NCBI GenBank assembly: GCA_045651005.1
Contig: JAZRRS010000006.1
Location: 84,366-148,365 of the forward strand
Length of the DNA stretch: 64,000 nt
From: Faecousia sp.
Lineage (GTDB): Bacteria; Bacillota; Clostridia; Oscillospirales; Oscillospiraceae
Reading direction: 5' to 3'
Part shown: positions 20,529 through 30,652 of the stretch, in pieces
How the letters are laid out: each line of letters starts with the position of its first letter
Numbering within the stretch: position 1 is the first letter of the stretch
The notes under the pieces: generated by a model
Told to the model about the DNA's origin: nothing
The model's input: the letters and a program-made list of their open reading frames with translations, nothing else
Database searches by the model: none
Position numbers and translations under genes: made by a program

Positions 20529-20571
20529 GATCAAGTATGAAAAATATGAAAAGTAGGAAAGAAGGGATATC

Positions 20572-20817
20572 GTGGCCGGAGGTAAACACATACTGGGCAA
20601 GAACAATGCCCGGAGAGTATTCGGCACCGCAAAAGTGGGCGACCGTGGGCAAATCGTAATTCCCAAGGAAGCTCGGGAGCTATTTAACATCCAGCCCGGT
20701 GACACGTTGCTGATCGTTGGTGACGAGGATACGGGACTTATCGTATCAAGACCGGAAGTGCTCAACAATCTTGCTAACGAAATATTTGAAAATGTAAAAA
20801 AAGAGGAGAAACAATAA
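20572..20817 (+). CDS. AbrB/MazE/SpoVT family DNA-binding protein
   Basis: TAKVGDRGQIVIPKEARELFNIQPGDTL. Confidence 0.9.
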   Translation: MAGGKHILGKNNARRVFGTAKVGDRGQIVIPKEARELFNIQPGDTLLIVGDEDTGLIVSRPEVLNNLANEIFENVKKEEKQ

Positions 20818-22100
20818 TGGAGGCATTACTGGAGTTATACAGTCAGATGGGAATCTCCCCTGCTGTTTATGAATACGGAGAAAAAGTACTTGCCGGTTTG
20901 ACGGAACGTTTTGCACAAATCGACAAAATCACCGAGCTGAATCAAGCAAAGGTCATTGCAGCAATGCAGAAAAACCGTGTATCTGCGGCTTGCTTTGCCG
21001 CTACCACCGGTTATGGCTATGATGATGTGGGACGTGACAACCTGGAACGAGTCTATGCAGATGTATTTCACACAGAGGCTGCATTGGTTCGTCCCCAGAT
21101 CACATGCGGCACTCACGCACTGACTGTTGCCCTTTCTGCAAATCTTCTGCCCGGTGATGAATTACTTTCTCCAGTAGGTCTTCCCTACGACACATTGCAG
21201 GAGGTCATCGGTATTCGGGAGAGTCCCTGTTCTCTGAAGGAATATGGTGTCAGCTACCGGCAGGTAGACCTGCTTGCAGACGGCACATTCGACTATGACG
21301 GCATTCGCGATGCGATAAACGAAAAAACAAAACTTATCACCATTCAACGCTCTAAGGGATATGCTACACGTCCGACCTTCTCCGTTGCGCAGATTGGCGA
21401 ACTGATCGCTTTTGTTAAGGGCATCAAGCCGGATGTGATCTGTATGGTCGACAACTGCTACGGTGAATTTGTGGAAACCATCGAACCCTCTGACGTAGGT
21501 GCTGATATGGTAGTAGGCTCTCTCATTAAAAATCCAGGTGGTGGTCTTGCCCCCATTGGTGGCTATATCTGCGGTACAGAAGCCTGTGTCAGTCGCTGCG
21601 CCTTCCGTCTCTCCGCCCCCGGTTTGGGCCAGGAGGTCGGAGCAAATCTGGGTCTGATGCCTGCTTTGTATCAGGGCTTTTTTATGGCACCTACTGTAGT
21701 TGCCGGTGCGGAAAAGGGTGCGATCTTCGCTGCAAATCTTTACGAGCCCTTGGGCTTCCATTGTGTGCCCAATGCCACAGAAAGTCGCCACGACATTATT
21801 CAGGCTGTGGAGCTAAAAAGCGAAGAAGGTATGATCGCATTCTGCAAAGGCATCCAGGCAGCCGCTCCGGTGGACTCCTTCGCAACTCCCCTTCCCTGGG
21901 ATATGCCCGGCTACAGCGACAAGGTCATTATGGCTGCAGGCGCTTTTGTGCAGGGCTCATCCATTGAACTTTCTGCTGACGGGCCGATCCGTCCTCCCTA
22001 TGCCGTTTATTTCCAAGGTGGTCTCACCTGGCATCACGCAAAACTTGGTATTCTTATGAGCCTGCAAAAGATGATCGATGCAGGTCTTGTAACATTATAA
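20817..22100 (+). CDS. Methionine gamma-lyase family / YnbB-like (aluminium resistance) PLP protein
   Basis: TTGYGYDDVGRD, ALVRPQITCGTHAL, IQRSKGY, VDNCYGEF, GSLIKNPGGG, SIELSADGP. Confidence 0.9.
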   Translation: MEALLELYSQMGISPAVYEYGEKVLAGLTERFAQIDKITELNQAKVIAAMQKNRVSAACFAATTGYGYDDVGRDNLERVYADVFHTEAALVRPQITCGTHALTVALSANLLPGDELLSPVGLPYDTLQEVIGIRESPCSLKEYGVSYRQVDLLADGTFDYDGIRDAINEKTKLITIQRSKGYATRPTFSVAQIGELIAFVKGIKPDVICMVDNCYGEFVETIEPSDVGADMVVGSLIKNPGGGLAPIGGYICGTEACVSRCAFRLSAPGLGQEVGANLGLMPALYQGFFMAPTVVAGAEKGAIFAANLYEPLGFHCVPNATESRHDIIQAVELKSEEGMIAFCKGIQAAAPVDSFATPLPWDMPGYSDKVIMAAGAFVQGSSIELSADGPIRPPYAVYFQGGLTWHHAKLGILMSLQKMIDAGLVTL

Positions 22101-22113
22101 TCGGAGGTAATTT

Positions 22114-23022
22114 ATGAATTGGTTTTGGTTTTCAATCGTAGCACTTCTATGTTGGTCCGGCTCTGACTTCTTCTCAAAGCTAGGTTGTCGTGACAACCGA
22201 GACAAGTACAGTCAATTTAAAATGGTAATGGCTGTGGGTTTGGTTATGGGTATCCACGCACTGTACGAGATCATTGGCGGTGTCGAGATCTCCTGGAGCG
22301 TTATGCTGCAATACCTTCCCGTTTCCCTGCTATACATCGGCTCCATGGCGCTGGGCTATATTGGTCTGCGCTACATTGAGCTTTCTATCTCCTCTCCCAT
22401 CTGTAACGCATCCGGTGCTGTGGTCGCAGTGCTTAGCTTGATCATGGGCAATGCGGAAATGGATCATCCCCTGCAATATGTGGCTGTGGCGCTGGCTTGT
22501 TTGGGTGTCATTGGTCTCGGTATTGTAGAAGCCACCGAAGACAAGGATCTCCGTGCCGCACGTCAAGAGGCTTCCAACTACAAATACGCTAAGTCCTGGC
22601 TTGCCTTAGCACTGCCTATCGCTTATTGTATGCTGGATGCAGCCGGTACTTTTGCCGACGCCCTCGTACTGGAAAACCTCAACGAGGACTCTGCCAACGT
22701 CGCATATGAGTTGACCTTCTTTGCTGCCGGTGTGGTTTGCTTTATTTACACCGTACTGATCCGGAAGCAGCCTTTGGTCGCAAAGGTAGAACGCCCCAAG
22801 TATATCGGTGCTCTGTTTGAAACCGCAGGTCAATTCGCTTATATCTACGCATTGGCCGATTCCGAGCACGTAGCAATGTCCGCTCCCATCATATCTTCTT
22901 ACTGCATTGCATCTGTCTTGTGGAGCCGTATTTTCTTGAAGGAAAAGCTCTCCTGGAAGCACTATGCTGCCATTGCCGTTACCATTTGCGGCATTGTCAT
23001 AATGGGTGTATTTGATATGTAA
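22114..23022 (+). CDS. EamA/DMT family transporter
   Basis: About 10 hydrophobic helices in two repeats; C-terminal SRIFLKEKLS. Confidence 0.82.
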   Translation: MNWFWFSIVALLCWSGSDFFSKLGCRDNRDKYSQFKMVMAVGLVMGIHALYEIIGGVEISWSVMLQYLPVSLLYIGSMALGYIGLRYIELSISSPICNASGAVVAVLSLIMGNAEMDHPLQYVAVALACLGVIGLGIVEATEDKDLRAARQEASNYKYAKSWLALALPIAYCMLDAAGTFADALVLENLNEDSANVAYELTFFAAGVVCFIYTVLIRKQPLVAKVERPKYIGALFETAGQFAYIYALADSEHVAMSAPIISSYCIASVLWSRIFLKEKLSWKHYAAIAVTICGIVIMGVFDM

Positions 23023-23023
23023 C

Positions 23024-23060
23024 AAAAAAATCGTGTCAGAAAATTTCTGACACGATTTTT
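23024..23060. terminator. Bidirectional terminator
   Basis: A-tract, ATCGTGTCAGAAA/TTTCTGACACGAT stem, T-tract. Confidence 0.85.
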
Positions 23061-23481
23061 ATTTTGCGCGAATATCCAGATGATAGTCAACCACTCCGGC
23101 AGCTGTCTGTTCGATCTCAATATCATACACAAGATCAATCATTCCGCCGTTATCGTCCAGCTGTGCCAAAATTCGCTTGGCACAAACCGTGATCATCAGT
23201 GCGCCAAATTCCATATGATACAAGGAATCGTGACGCAAACCCTCGCTAAAGACCATTTGAGAATTCAGCTTTCCGGTGCGGGTCAGCGTTATCTTTTCCG
23301 GCTCAACACGGAATGTTGTGGTCACTCCCGCAAGTCCGGTAAGCGCTGTCTCCTCATAGCAGATATCCCAGCCGCCATCCCGGAAGGATAACTCTCCCTC
23401 CGTGACCAATTCTATAACCTCCGGCTCTTGATCTAAATACGCCTGCCGCCCACGAATCGACAGTATTACTTTCTTACCCAT
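23059..23481 (-). CDS. DUF1934 (YwiB-like) protein
   Basis: Start MGKKV; IELVTEG, YEETALTG, LTRTGKLNSQMVF, SLYHMEFGAL. Confidence 0.85.
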   Translation of the reverse strand: MGKKVILSIRGRQAYLDQEPEVIELVTEGELSFRDGGWDICYEETALTGLAGVTTTFRVEPEKITLTRTGKLNSQMVFSEGLRHDSLYHMEFGALMITVCAKRILAQLDDNGGMIDLVYDIEIEQTAAGVVDYHLDIRAK

Positions 23482-23482
23482 C

Positions 23483-24541
23483 TTATGCCTCCATAGCCAA
23501 AGAAAGCAACGTTTCGATTTGCTCTTTATAGGGGATACCACTGGCATTAAAAAGCTTGGGGTACATAGAAATAGAAGTAAATCCAGGCAACGTATTGATC
23601 TCATTAAACACAATACGCTGATCCTCATAAGTCACAAAGAAGTCTACACGGCTCAAGCCCTTACATCCCATTGCCACATATGCTTTCACCGCAAGTTCTC
23701 TTACCTGCTCCGCTGTTTCTTCAGAGATTCGAGCAGGAATGTAGGCTACAGAGGTATCTGTCACATATTTTGCATCATAGTCGTAGAACTCTGCTCCAGA
23801 GTCGATCTCACCGCAAATAGAAGCCGCAGGGCTGGCATTGCCCATCACTGCAACTTCGATCTCTCTGCCACAGATAAACGCTTCCACAAGGATCTTTTCA
23901 TCGTATTTTCCTGCAAAGAACAACGCCTTTTCCAGTGCATCACGATCTGCCGCCTTAGACACACCTACAGAAGACCCTGTACCTGCCGGCTTTACAAATA
24001 CGGGATAAGTGAATTTCTTTTCTATCGCAGAAATAACTGCATCCAGATCATTCAGTTCGCTTTTTTTAACCAGAAGCCATTCAGCCTGTGGAATACCTGT
24101 GTGATCCATCACAAGCTTTGTTAGTGTCTTATCCATCGCCACAGCAGAAGAAGCCACAGACGGACCTACAAAGGGAATTCCTGCCATTTGCAAAAGACCC
24201 TGCATAGCACCGTCCTCACCGTTTTCACCGTGCAGGACCGGAAATACCACGTCTATGCGTACAAGCTCCACTTCATCCTTACGGAAAACCATCAGTCCCT
24301 GACCGCGAACCGGAGAGATCGCAGCATCACAATTTTCCGGATGTTCCTGCCAGCTGCCGTCGGGAAGTGCAGAATACTCACCGCAAAACAGGATCCAGCG
24401 TCCGTCCTTTGTGATACCCACAGGATAAACATTATACTTATCAGAATCCATTTGATTCAGCACAAACTCTGCAGAACGAAGGGATACCTCATGTTCGGGA
24501 CTAATGCCGCCAAACAGGACACATACATTGATCTTATTCAA
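23483..24541 (-). CDS. ddl: D-alanine--D-alanine ligase
   Basis: GGISPEHEVSLRSA, LHGENGEDG, GSSVG, FYDYDAKY, EINTLPGFT. Confidence 0.97.
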   Translation of the reverse strand: MNKINVCVLFGGISPEHEVSLRSAEFVLNQMDSDKYNVYPVGITKDGRWILFCGEYSALPDGSWQEHPENCDAAISPVRGQGLMVFRKDEVELVRIDVVFPVLHGENGEDGAMQGLLQMAGIPFVGPSVASSAVAMDKTLTKLVMDHTGIPQAEWLLVKKSELNDLDAVISAIEKKFTYPVFVKPAGTGSSVGVSKAADRDALEKALFFAGKYDEKILVEAFICGREIEVAVMGNASPAASICGEIDSGAEFYDYDAKYVTDTSVAYIPARISEETAEQVRELAVKAYVAMGCKGLSRVDFFVTYEDQRIVFNEINTLPGFTSISMYPKLFNASGIPYKEQIETLLSLAMEA

Positions 24542-24580
24542 GCAAAACGCCTCGCTTTCGGGAACATTACCCCAAAAAGG

Positions 24581-25942
24581 TTATTTATCCAACAACGCCT
24601 CTCCGGCCTTGTAGATGTCACCAGCACCTACCGTAAGGATCACATCTCCCTCACCGGCAATTGCCTTTAGATGTTCTGTGACCTGAGGAAGCGTCTCACA
24701 ATAAACGCTCCCCGGAATGACCTTTACAAGATCCATTGAAGAAATGCCGGTTGTATTTCGCTCCCGGGCCGCATAGATCTCAGCCAAAATAAGATAGTCC
24801 ACATTTTTCAGCTCACGAACAAATTCATCAAACAGTGCGGTAGTTCTGGAATAAGTATGGGGCTGGAACGCCACCACCACACGGCGGTAATTAAGCGTCC
24901 GTATAGCTGCAATGGTGGCTGCAAGCTCATCGGGATGGTGAGCGTAGTCATCATATACATCCGCACCGTTATACGTACCCTTAAACTGCATACGACGTTG
25001 AGCACCGCCAAAAGTTGCAAGACCGGCAGAAACCGCATCACCGGGAATCGAGAGCATCCACGCCGCACCGGCTGCCGCCAAAGCGTTGATTGCGTTGTGC
25101 CTGCCAATGACCTTCAAATCCAAGTGGCAATAGAAGCTTCCGTCACACACAACGTCAAAATGACGCCAATCCGCACTCATATTCACTGCGTGAACACGAT
25201 TGTTCTCAGAAAGTCCAAAGGTAATATACTCCATTCCTTCCAGAGCAGTAACCACGTTGGGATCATCACCATTTGCAAAAACGCCATTGGTAGATAATTT
25301 TGCAAAGCTGCGGAAGGATTTCTGCACATCCGCAAGATCCTTAAAGTAATCCAGGTGGTCTGCATCCACATTGAGAATCACTGCCAGCGTAGGGAAGAAA
25401 TTCAGGAATGAGTCACAATACTCACAGCTCTCCAAAACAATGGTATCCCCCTCACCTACTCTGTGGCCAGCACCCAAAAGCGGAAGATTGCCGCCAATCA
25501 TTACCGTTGGATCCACGCCAGCCTCCATAAGAATATGGGTAACCATAGATGTGGTAGTTGTCTTTCCGTGTGTGCCGGAAATGCATACGGCATTTTTATA
25601 TGCCTGCATAATAACACCCCATGCCTGCGCACGCTCAAAGGTAGGGATACCGGCAGAACGGGCTGCAGCGATCTCCGGGTTATCATTATGTGCAGCAGCA
25701 GTTCGGATCACACAATCCGCACCTTCGATGTTCTCTGCTGCGTGACCGATAAAAACACGGATACCCTTGGCAATCAACTCATCTGTGGAAACAGAGGCAT
25801 TCATATCTGAACCGGTGACCATAACACCCATTCCCTGCAGCACAAGGCCCAAAGGACGCATCGACACGCCACCGATACCCACAAGATGAACATGTTTTCC
25901 GGCAACCAAATATTTTTTAAGCTCTTCACTTCGATTCATCAT
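24581..25942 (-). CDS. murC: UDP-N-acetylmuramate--L-alanine ligase
   Basis: GIGGVSM, GTHGKTTTTSM, DHLDYF, DDYAHHP, FQPHTYSRT. Confidence 0.97.
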   Translation of the reverse strand: MMNRSEELKKYLVAGKHVHLVGIGGVSMRPLGLVLQGMGVMVTGSDMNASVSTDELIAKGIRVFIGHAAENIEGADCVIRTAAAHNDNPEIAAARSAGIPTFERAQAWGVIMQAYKNAVCISGTHGKTTTTSMVTHILMEAGVDPTVMIGGNLPLLGAGHRVGEGDTIVLESCEYCDSFLNFFPTLAVILNVDADHLDYFKDLADVQKSFRSFAKLSTNGVFANGDDPNVVTALEGMEYITFGLSENNRVHAVNMSADWRHFDVVCDGSFYCHLDLKVIGRHNAINALAAAGAAWMLSIPGDAVSAGLATFGGAQRRMQFKGTYNGADVYDDYAHHPDELAATIAAIRTLNYRRVVVAFQPHTYSRTTALFDEFVRELKNVDYLILAEIYAARERNTTGISSMDLVKVIPGSVYCETLPQVTEHLKAIAGEGDVILTVGAGDIYKAGEALLDK

Positions 25943-26217
25943 AGAAACTACTCCTCAAAGCACACGATTTCTTCATATCCTTGTCATTATATATTATTCC
26001 TTCTCTTATTACAACTAGTATTTTACCCAAAATTTCCATCCCTAACGAACAAAAAAGTCATTTCTTTTTAAATTGTCCGCAGGCAAAAGACACCTGTAAC
26101 CAACAGGCAGAGCAACACAAAATCAAAATATTCATTTATGCACACAATTATGCATAATTTGTTCAGAATATGTATATAAAACCGGAAAAAATCATTGAAA
26201 GTTGTGGTATTTACTAG

Positions 26218-26246
26218 TTGACGATGAATAATATACGGTGTATAAT
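26218..26246 (+). promoter_or_regulatory. sigmaA promoter of the amino-acid ABC operon
   Basis: TTGACG-N17-TATAAT about 50 nt upstream of the start codon. Confidence 0.7.
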
Positions 26247-26298
26247 ACATTCGTAAATTAACCTTACCTTACAGTAAGGTCAAAAAGGAGTTATTACA

Positions 26299-27138
26299 AT
26301 GAAAAAGTTTATTGCACTTATTCTCGCATTGGTTATGACCCTGGCTCTGTTTACCGCCTGCGGTGCCAAAAACGAAGCAACCCCCACCACCGAAGCAACT
26401 GAGGGTACAACCGCTGAGCCCGAGACCACCGAAGCTACTGAGGCTGCCGGTGTGTTCACAACCGTCGAAGAAGGCAAGCTGACTATGGCTACCAATGCCT
26501 ACTTCCCTCCCTATGAGTACTACGAAGGCGATAAGATCATCGGCATCGACGCTGAGATTGCTGCTGCCATTGCTGAGAAGCTGGGTCTGGAGCTGGTAAT
26601 CAGCGATATGCAGTTTGATTCCATCATCACCGCTGTCAAGGAAGGCAGCGCTGACTTTGGTCTGGCCGGTATGACTGTTACCGAAGAAAGACTGCAGGAG
26701 ATCGACTTCTCCATCAGCTATGCTTCCGGTGTTCAGTCCATTATCGTCAAGGAAGGCTCCCCCATCACAACTGTTGACGATCTCTATGCAGATGGCGCTG
26801 CTTATAAGATCGGCGTTCAGCTTGGTACCACCGGCGACATCTATGCAACCGACGATTTCGGTGAAGATCTGGTAAGTCAGTACAGCAACGGCAACGAGGC
26901 TGTTGTTGCTCTGCTGGGCGGTGACATCGACTGTGTCATCATCGACAACGAGCCCGCAAAGGCATTCGTTGCTGCTAACGAGGGCCTGGTAATTCTTGAG
27001 ACCTCCTACGCTGACGAGGACTACGCTGCATGTATCGCTCAGGAAAATGACGCTCTGCGTGAGGCCATTGACGCTGCTATTATGGAGCTGACCGAGGACG
27101 GCACCATCGACGACATCATCGCAAAGTACATCAAGTAA
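26299..27138 (+). CDS. Polar amino-acid ABC transporter substrate-binding lipoprotein
   Basis: Lipobox FTAC, TNAYFPPYEY, GIDAEIA, GMTVTEER, GVQLGTTG. Confidence 0.93.
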   Translation: MKKFIALILALVMTLALFTACGAKNEATPTTEATEGTTAEPETTEATEAAGVFTTVEEGKLTMATNAYFPPYEYYEGDKIIGIDAEIAAAIAEKLGLELVISDMQFDSIITAVKEGSADFGLAGMTVTEERLQEIDFSISYASGVQSIIVKEGSPITTVDDLYADGAAYKIGVQLGTTGDIYATDDFGEDLVSQYSNGNEAVVALLGGDIDCVIIDNEPAKAFVAANEGLVILETSYADEDYAACIAQENDALREAIDAAIMELTEDGTIDDIIAKYIK

Positions 27139-27159
27139 TTGATTCACGAAACAAGATAC

Positions 27160-27193
27160 GAAAAATAGGAATGCTTAGCCATTCCTATTTTTC
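27160..27193 (+). terminator. Intra-operon stem-loop after the binding-protein gene
   Basis: GAAAAATAGGAATG/CATTCCTATTTTTC inverted repeat. Confidence 0.65.
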
Positions 27194-27214
27194 TTGCTAA
27201 TCCGCAAGGAGATA

Positions 27215-28618
27215 ATGATATTGAAAAAAAACTTTAAAAATAAAAAGCTATGGATCTCGCTTGCTTTGGTTGTAATTTTGGTGTTCTCCCTTGCGATTTA
27301 CTGCTCTGTAACCGCAAAGGACAACCAGGTATCCAACAGGCTGACAGTTGACCAATCCCAGGAAATCGTCGACAATGCGCTTGGTTCCATCGCCAAAAGC
27401 ACTGCCCAAGGCGCAAAATATATTCTGGAAAACACAAACGTTACTGTCAACAGCGTGGAATACGGCTACGAAAAGGACATAATCCTTTCCTGCTCATATT
27501 CTGCACTGGACGTAGAGGGTGCTCTTTCTCAGAATATCAATGCGATCCTTCAACGGGTGTACTCGTTCTATAACGAAAATACTGAGGCCGGCAAAAAAAC
27601 AAATGCCACAAAAATCAATCTGCTGGTAAAACAAGACATCGTCAGTTATCTTGAAACGGCACAAACGGTATCCGGAGAGATCACACTTTATATTTACGAA
27701 ACCACCAGCGGTATGAAGCTTTATCTTCAGGACGAAGTGGTTGATACCTTAACCGGCGGTCTCATCACTGTCACCAAGGCTTTCCAAGACACAACAACCG
27801 TTGAGCATAACGATGAGATCATTGATATTTCCAGCAAGAACACATTGCGCACCGGTATCGTCGACTGTATTGCACTGGAAAACTATTCCACAACGAAACC
27901 GGTTACCGGCAACCCGCTGATGGTTATGTGGGAAGATTTTAAAGATGAGTTTTCCAGAAACTTTATCGTGGCAAACAGATGGCAATATTTGGTCAACGGT
28001 CTTGGCAAAACACTGTCCATCACCGCACTTGCTGCCTTGGTTGGTATCATTTTGGGATTTATTGTTGCAGTGATTCGTTGCACCAACCAAATGACCGGCA
28101 AGCTCTCTATTATTGATAAATTTTGCCGCATTTATCTGACCGTTACCCGTGGCACTCCCGTTATGGTGCAGCTGCTTATTCTCTTCTTTGTTTTCCTTCT
28201 GCCTTTAAAGGTAGATAAATTCGTTGCCGCTGTGATCTGCTTCGGACTGAACTCCGGTGCTTATGTTGCCGAGATCGTCCGTGGTGGCATTATGAGCGTT
28301 GATAAGGGACAGATTGAGGCTGGCCGCAGCCTTGGATTTAACTATGTGCAAACTATGGTGCACTTTGTCCTTCCCCAGGCTTTCAAAGCCATTCTCCCCT
28401 CTCTTGCCAACGAATTCATTACCCTTCTTAAGGAATCTTCCGTTGCTTTCTATATTGGCGTTGCTGACCTTACCCAAGGCGGACTGAAGATCCGTTCTAT
28501 CACCTACAGTAATTTTATGCCTCTGATCGCAGTTGCTGTAATCTATCTGGTTCTTGTTATGATTATGACCAAGCTGGTCGAACTTCTGGAAAGGAGGCTG
28601 GCTAAGAGTGACCACTAA
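27215..28618 (+). CDS. Amino-acid ABC permease (HisM/GlnP type) with a large N-terminal extracytoplasmic extension
   Basis: [44 protein letters not shown]. Start uncertain (27215-27221). Confidence 0.9.
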   Translation: MILKKNFKNKKLWISLALVVILVFSLAIYCSVTAKDNQVSNRLTVDQSQEIVDNALGSIAKSTAQGAKYILENTNVTVNSVEYGYEKDIILSCSYSALDVEGALSQNINAILQRVYSFYNENTEAGKKTNATKINLLVKQDIVSYLETAQTVSGEITLYIYETTSGMKLYLQDEVVDTLTGGLITVTKAFQDTTTVEHNDEIIDISSKNTLRTGIVDCIALENYSTTKPVTGNPLMVMWEDFKDEFSRNFIVANRWQYLVNGLGKTLSITALAALVGIILGFIVAVIRCTNQMTGKLSIIDKFCRIYLTVTRGTPVMVQLLILFFVFLLPLKVDKFVAAVICFGLNSGAYVAEIVRGGIMSVDKGQIEAGRSLGFNYVQTMVHFVLPQAFKAILPSLANEFITLLKESSVAFYIGVADLTQGGLKIRSITYSNFMPLIAVAVIYLVLVMIMTKLVELLERRLAKSDH

Positions 28619-29351
28619 TAACGAAGTGCTGATTCATGTAGATAATCTACAAAAATCCTTTGGCAACCTCCTGGTTTTGGATGGTATCGACATTGATATT
28701 CATCGTGGAGATGTGGTAGTTGTTGTTGGACCCTCCGGCTCCGGCAAATCAACCTTTCTGCGTTGTCTGAACCGTCTGGAAGAAAGCACCGGCGGCAGCA
28801 TCTACTTTAACGGAGAAGACATTACCGCTGACGGCGTAAACATTAACAAGCATCGTCAAAAAATGGGTATGGTCTTCCAGCAGTTTAATCTGTTCCCTCA
28901 CTTGACCATTATGCGCAATCTTACCATCGGCCCCATGAAGCTCCTTGGCAAAAGCAAGGCTGAAGCTGAGCAAAAAGCACAGGAGTTGTTAGACAGAGTC
29001 GGTCTTGGTGACCGCGCCTATTCCTATCCTAACCAGCTTTCCGGTGGTCAGAAGCAACGTGTAGCCATCGTGCGCGCTCTTTGTATGGAGCCTGAAGTAA
29101 TGCTCTTTGATGAACCCACCTCCGCCTTGGATCCCGAGATGGTTGGCGAAGTTCTCGACGTTATGCAGGAGCTTGCCAGAGAGGGTATGACTATGGTATG
29201 CGTTACCCACGAAATGGGTTTTGCACGTGAGGTTGGCAGCCGGGTAATTTTCATTGACGGTGGTAAAATCGTAGAAGAAGGATCTCCCGACGAGATCTTC
29301 AATCACCCCAAAAACCCCAGACTGCAGGAATTCCTGTCTAAAGTTCTATAA
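28608..29351 (+). CDS. Amino-acid ABC transporter ATP-binding protein (GlnQ type)
   Basis: [35 protein letters not shown]. Confidence 0.95.
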   Translation: MTTNNEVLIHVDNLQKSFGNLLVLDGIDIDIHRGDVVVVVGPSGSGKSTFLRCLNRLEESTGGSIYFNGEDITADGVNINKHRQKMGMVFQQFNLFPHLTIMRNLTIGPMKLLGKSKAEAEQKAQELLDRVGLGDRAYSYPNQLSGGQKQRVAIVRALCMEPEVMLFDEPTSALDPEMVGEVLDVMQELAREGMTMVCVTHEMGFAREVGSRVIFIDGGKIVEEGSPDEIFNHPKNPRLQEFLSKVL

Positions 29352-29402
29352 AGGCAAACTGCCCCTCGTAAAGGGGCGCAGTTATCATTTAAACAAAAAA
29401 AG

Positions 29403-29433
29403 AAAGGCCTCTGTAAAACAACAGAGGCCTTTT
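29403..29433 (-). terminator. Terminator downstream of tRNA-Gly
   Basis: AAAGGCCTCTGT/ACAGAGGCCTTT stem with a minus-strand T-tract. Confidence 0.7.
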
Positions 29434-29508
29434 GGAGCGGGTGACGAGGCTCGAACTCGCTACCTCCACCTTGGCAAGGTGGCGCTCTACCGGATGAGCT
29501 ACACCCGC
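29433..29508 (-). tRNA. tRNA-Gly(GCC)
   Basis: GCGGGTGTAGCTCATCCGGTAGAGCGCCACCTTGCCAAGGTGGAGGTAGCGAGTTCGAGCCTCGTCACCCGCTCCA; 76 nt, CCA encoded. Confidence 0.97.
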
Positions 29509-29573
29509 GGAACAAGAGGTATTATAACAGATTTCTATTAAAAGTCAATACCCTTTTCCAAAAATTTTTGTAT

Positions 29574-30644
29574 TTATTCCGGGTAAGCAGAATAGTCCCA
29601 AACATACCCCACCAGATCCGTTGGATATGCAGGAGAAAAGTCGCCATTCTCTACAGAGCGTAGCAAATCAAGATGGTAATATCGACCATAGTAAAATATC
29701 AAATTCCAAGTCCACGGCTCGCCATCACGAGTTCCGGAAATCACAACGCATTCCAGACCTGCCCTTCTGCACATTGCAGCATAAACATTGGCAAACGCCT
29801 TGCAGTCCCCTACTCCGTGATTCAATAGCGAATAAGCGGGGGTAATGGACGTCTCGACCTTATACCGAGAACGCTCCATTAAAAACGCATACAACTGGGC
29901 ATACTTTTCCTGTGCCTGGGTAGCATTTTTTACATAGAGTTCTGCTGCGGTAAACACAGGCTCTACCGTATTTTGCATATTTTGCAGAGATTCCCGGCTG
30001 GTTTGATATGTAAAAGCCATCTCAACTATACGATCATCACCCTGTTGCGGATACACTCCAGCCTCCACAACAGGCACTTCCATAACAATATCCGGATTTT
30101 GTGCCGCATAATCCCGCACCCATTGCACCAAATCCGTTTCCTCGTAGTTGGGTACACGAATTGCAACATAGGAATCACAACCGGAAAGCGCATCCCCAAT
30201 CATTTGGAAGGCTCCCTCCATATTCTCTGCCTGTGCAATGCGCAGAATACGAGAACGATCAAATCGATAAGATATTTCCAAAGCTATGGCAGCTTCACCT
30301 GCGTTGGTGCCGATCTCATAGGTAATGTCATCCAAAGCATATGCACCAACAGGATTTGTACTCTTTACATAACGAATCGCAGTATCCACAAAAAAGTGAA
30401 CAGATGGACTATTGAAATTTTCTACAGACAGAACACCGCCGCTGGCACCCTGTTCCACAAGTTCTGTCACAGCATTGCGAAGCTGCATATAGGTAGAAAC
30501 CGGAACGATCTCTTTGGTTGCCGAATCACCAATCTGCTGATACGGCTCTATAGAAACACGTTCTCCGTCCATCCAAAAGCCACAGCCACTGAGAATGCAG
30601 CTCAAAACGCCCAAGAGGGCTGTAATTGCGATATATCGTTTCAT
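29574..30644 (-). CDS. Transglutaminase-like domain lipoprotein
   Basis: Lipobox LSGC; GDCKAFANVYAAMCRRAGLECVVISG; WTWNLI...YYHLD. Confidence 0.8.
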   Translation of the reverse strand: MKRYIAITALLGVLSCILSGCGFWMDGERVSIEPYQQIGDSATKEIVPVSTYMQLRNAVTELVEQGASGGVLSVENFNSPSVHFFVDTAIRYVKSTNPVGAYALDDITYEIGTNAGEAAIALEISYRFDRSRILRIAQAENMEGAFQMIGDALSGCDSYVAIRVPNYEETDLVQWVRDYAAQNPDIVMEVPVVEAGVYPQQGDDRIVEMAFTYQTSRESLQNMQNTVEPVFTAAELYVKNATQAQEKYAQLYAFLMERSRYKVETSITPAYSLLNHGVGDCKAFANVYAAMCRRAGLECVVISGTRDGEPWTWNLIFYYGRYYHLDLLRSVENGDFSPAYPTDLVGYVWDYSAYPE

Positions 30645-30652
30645 ACATCCTC

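Noticed and set aside
26130-26175. ArgR or CodY boxes upstream of the amino-acid ABC operon
   Set aside because: A palindrome AATTATGCATAATT (26146-26159) is present, but spacing and match to either consensus are poor in AT-rich DNA.
26269-27147. 292-aa minus-strand ORF
   Set aside because: Antisense shadow of the strongly codon-biased binding-protein gene.
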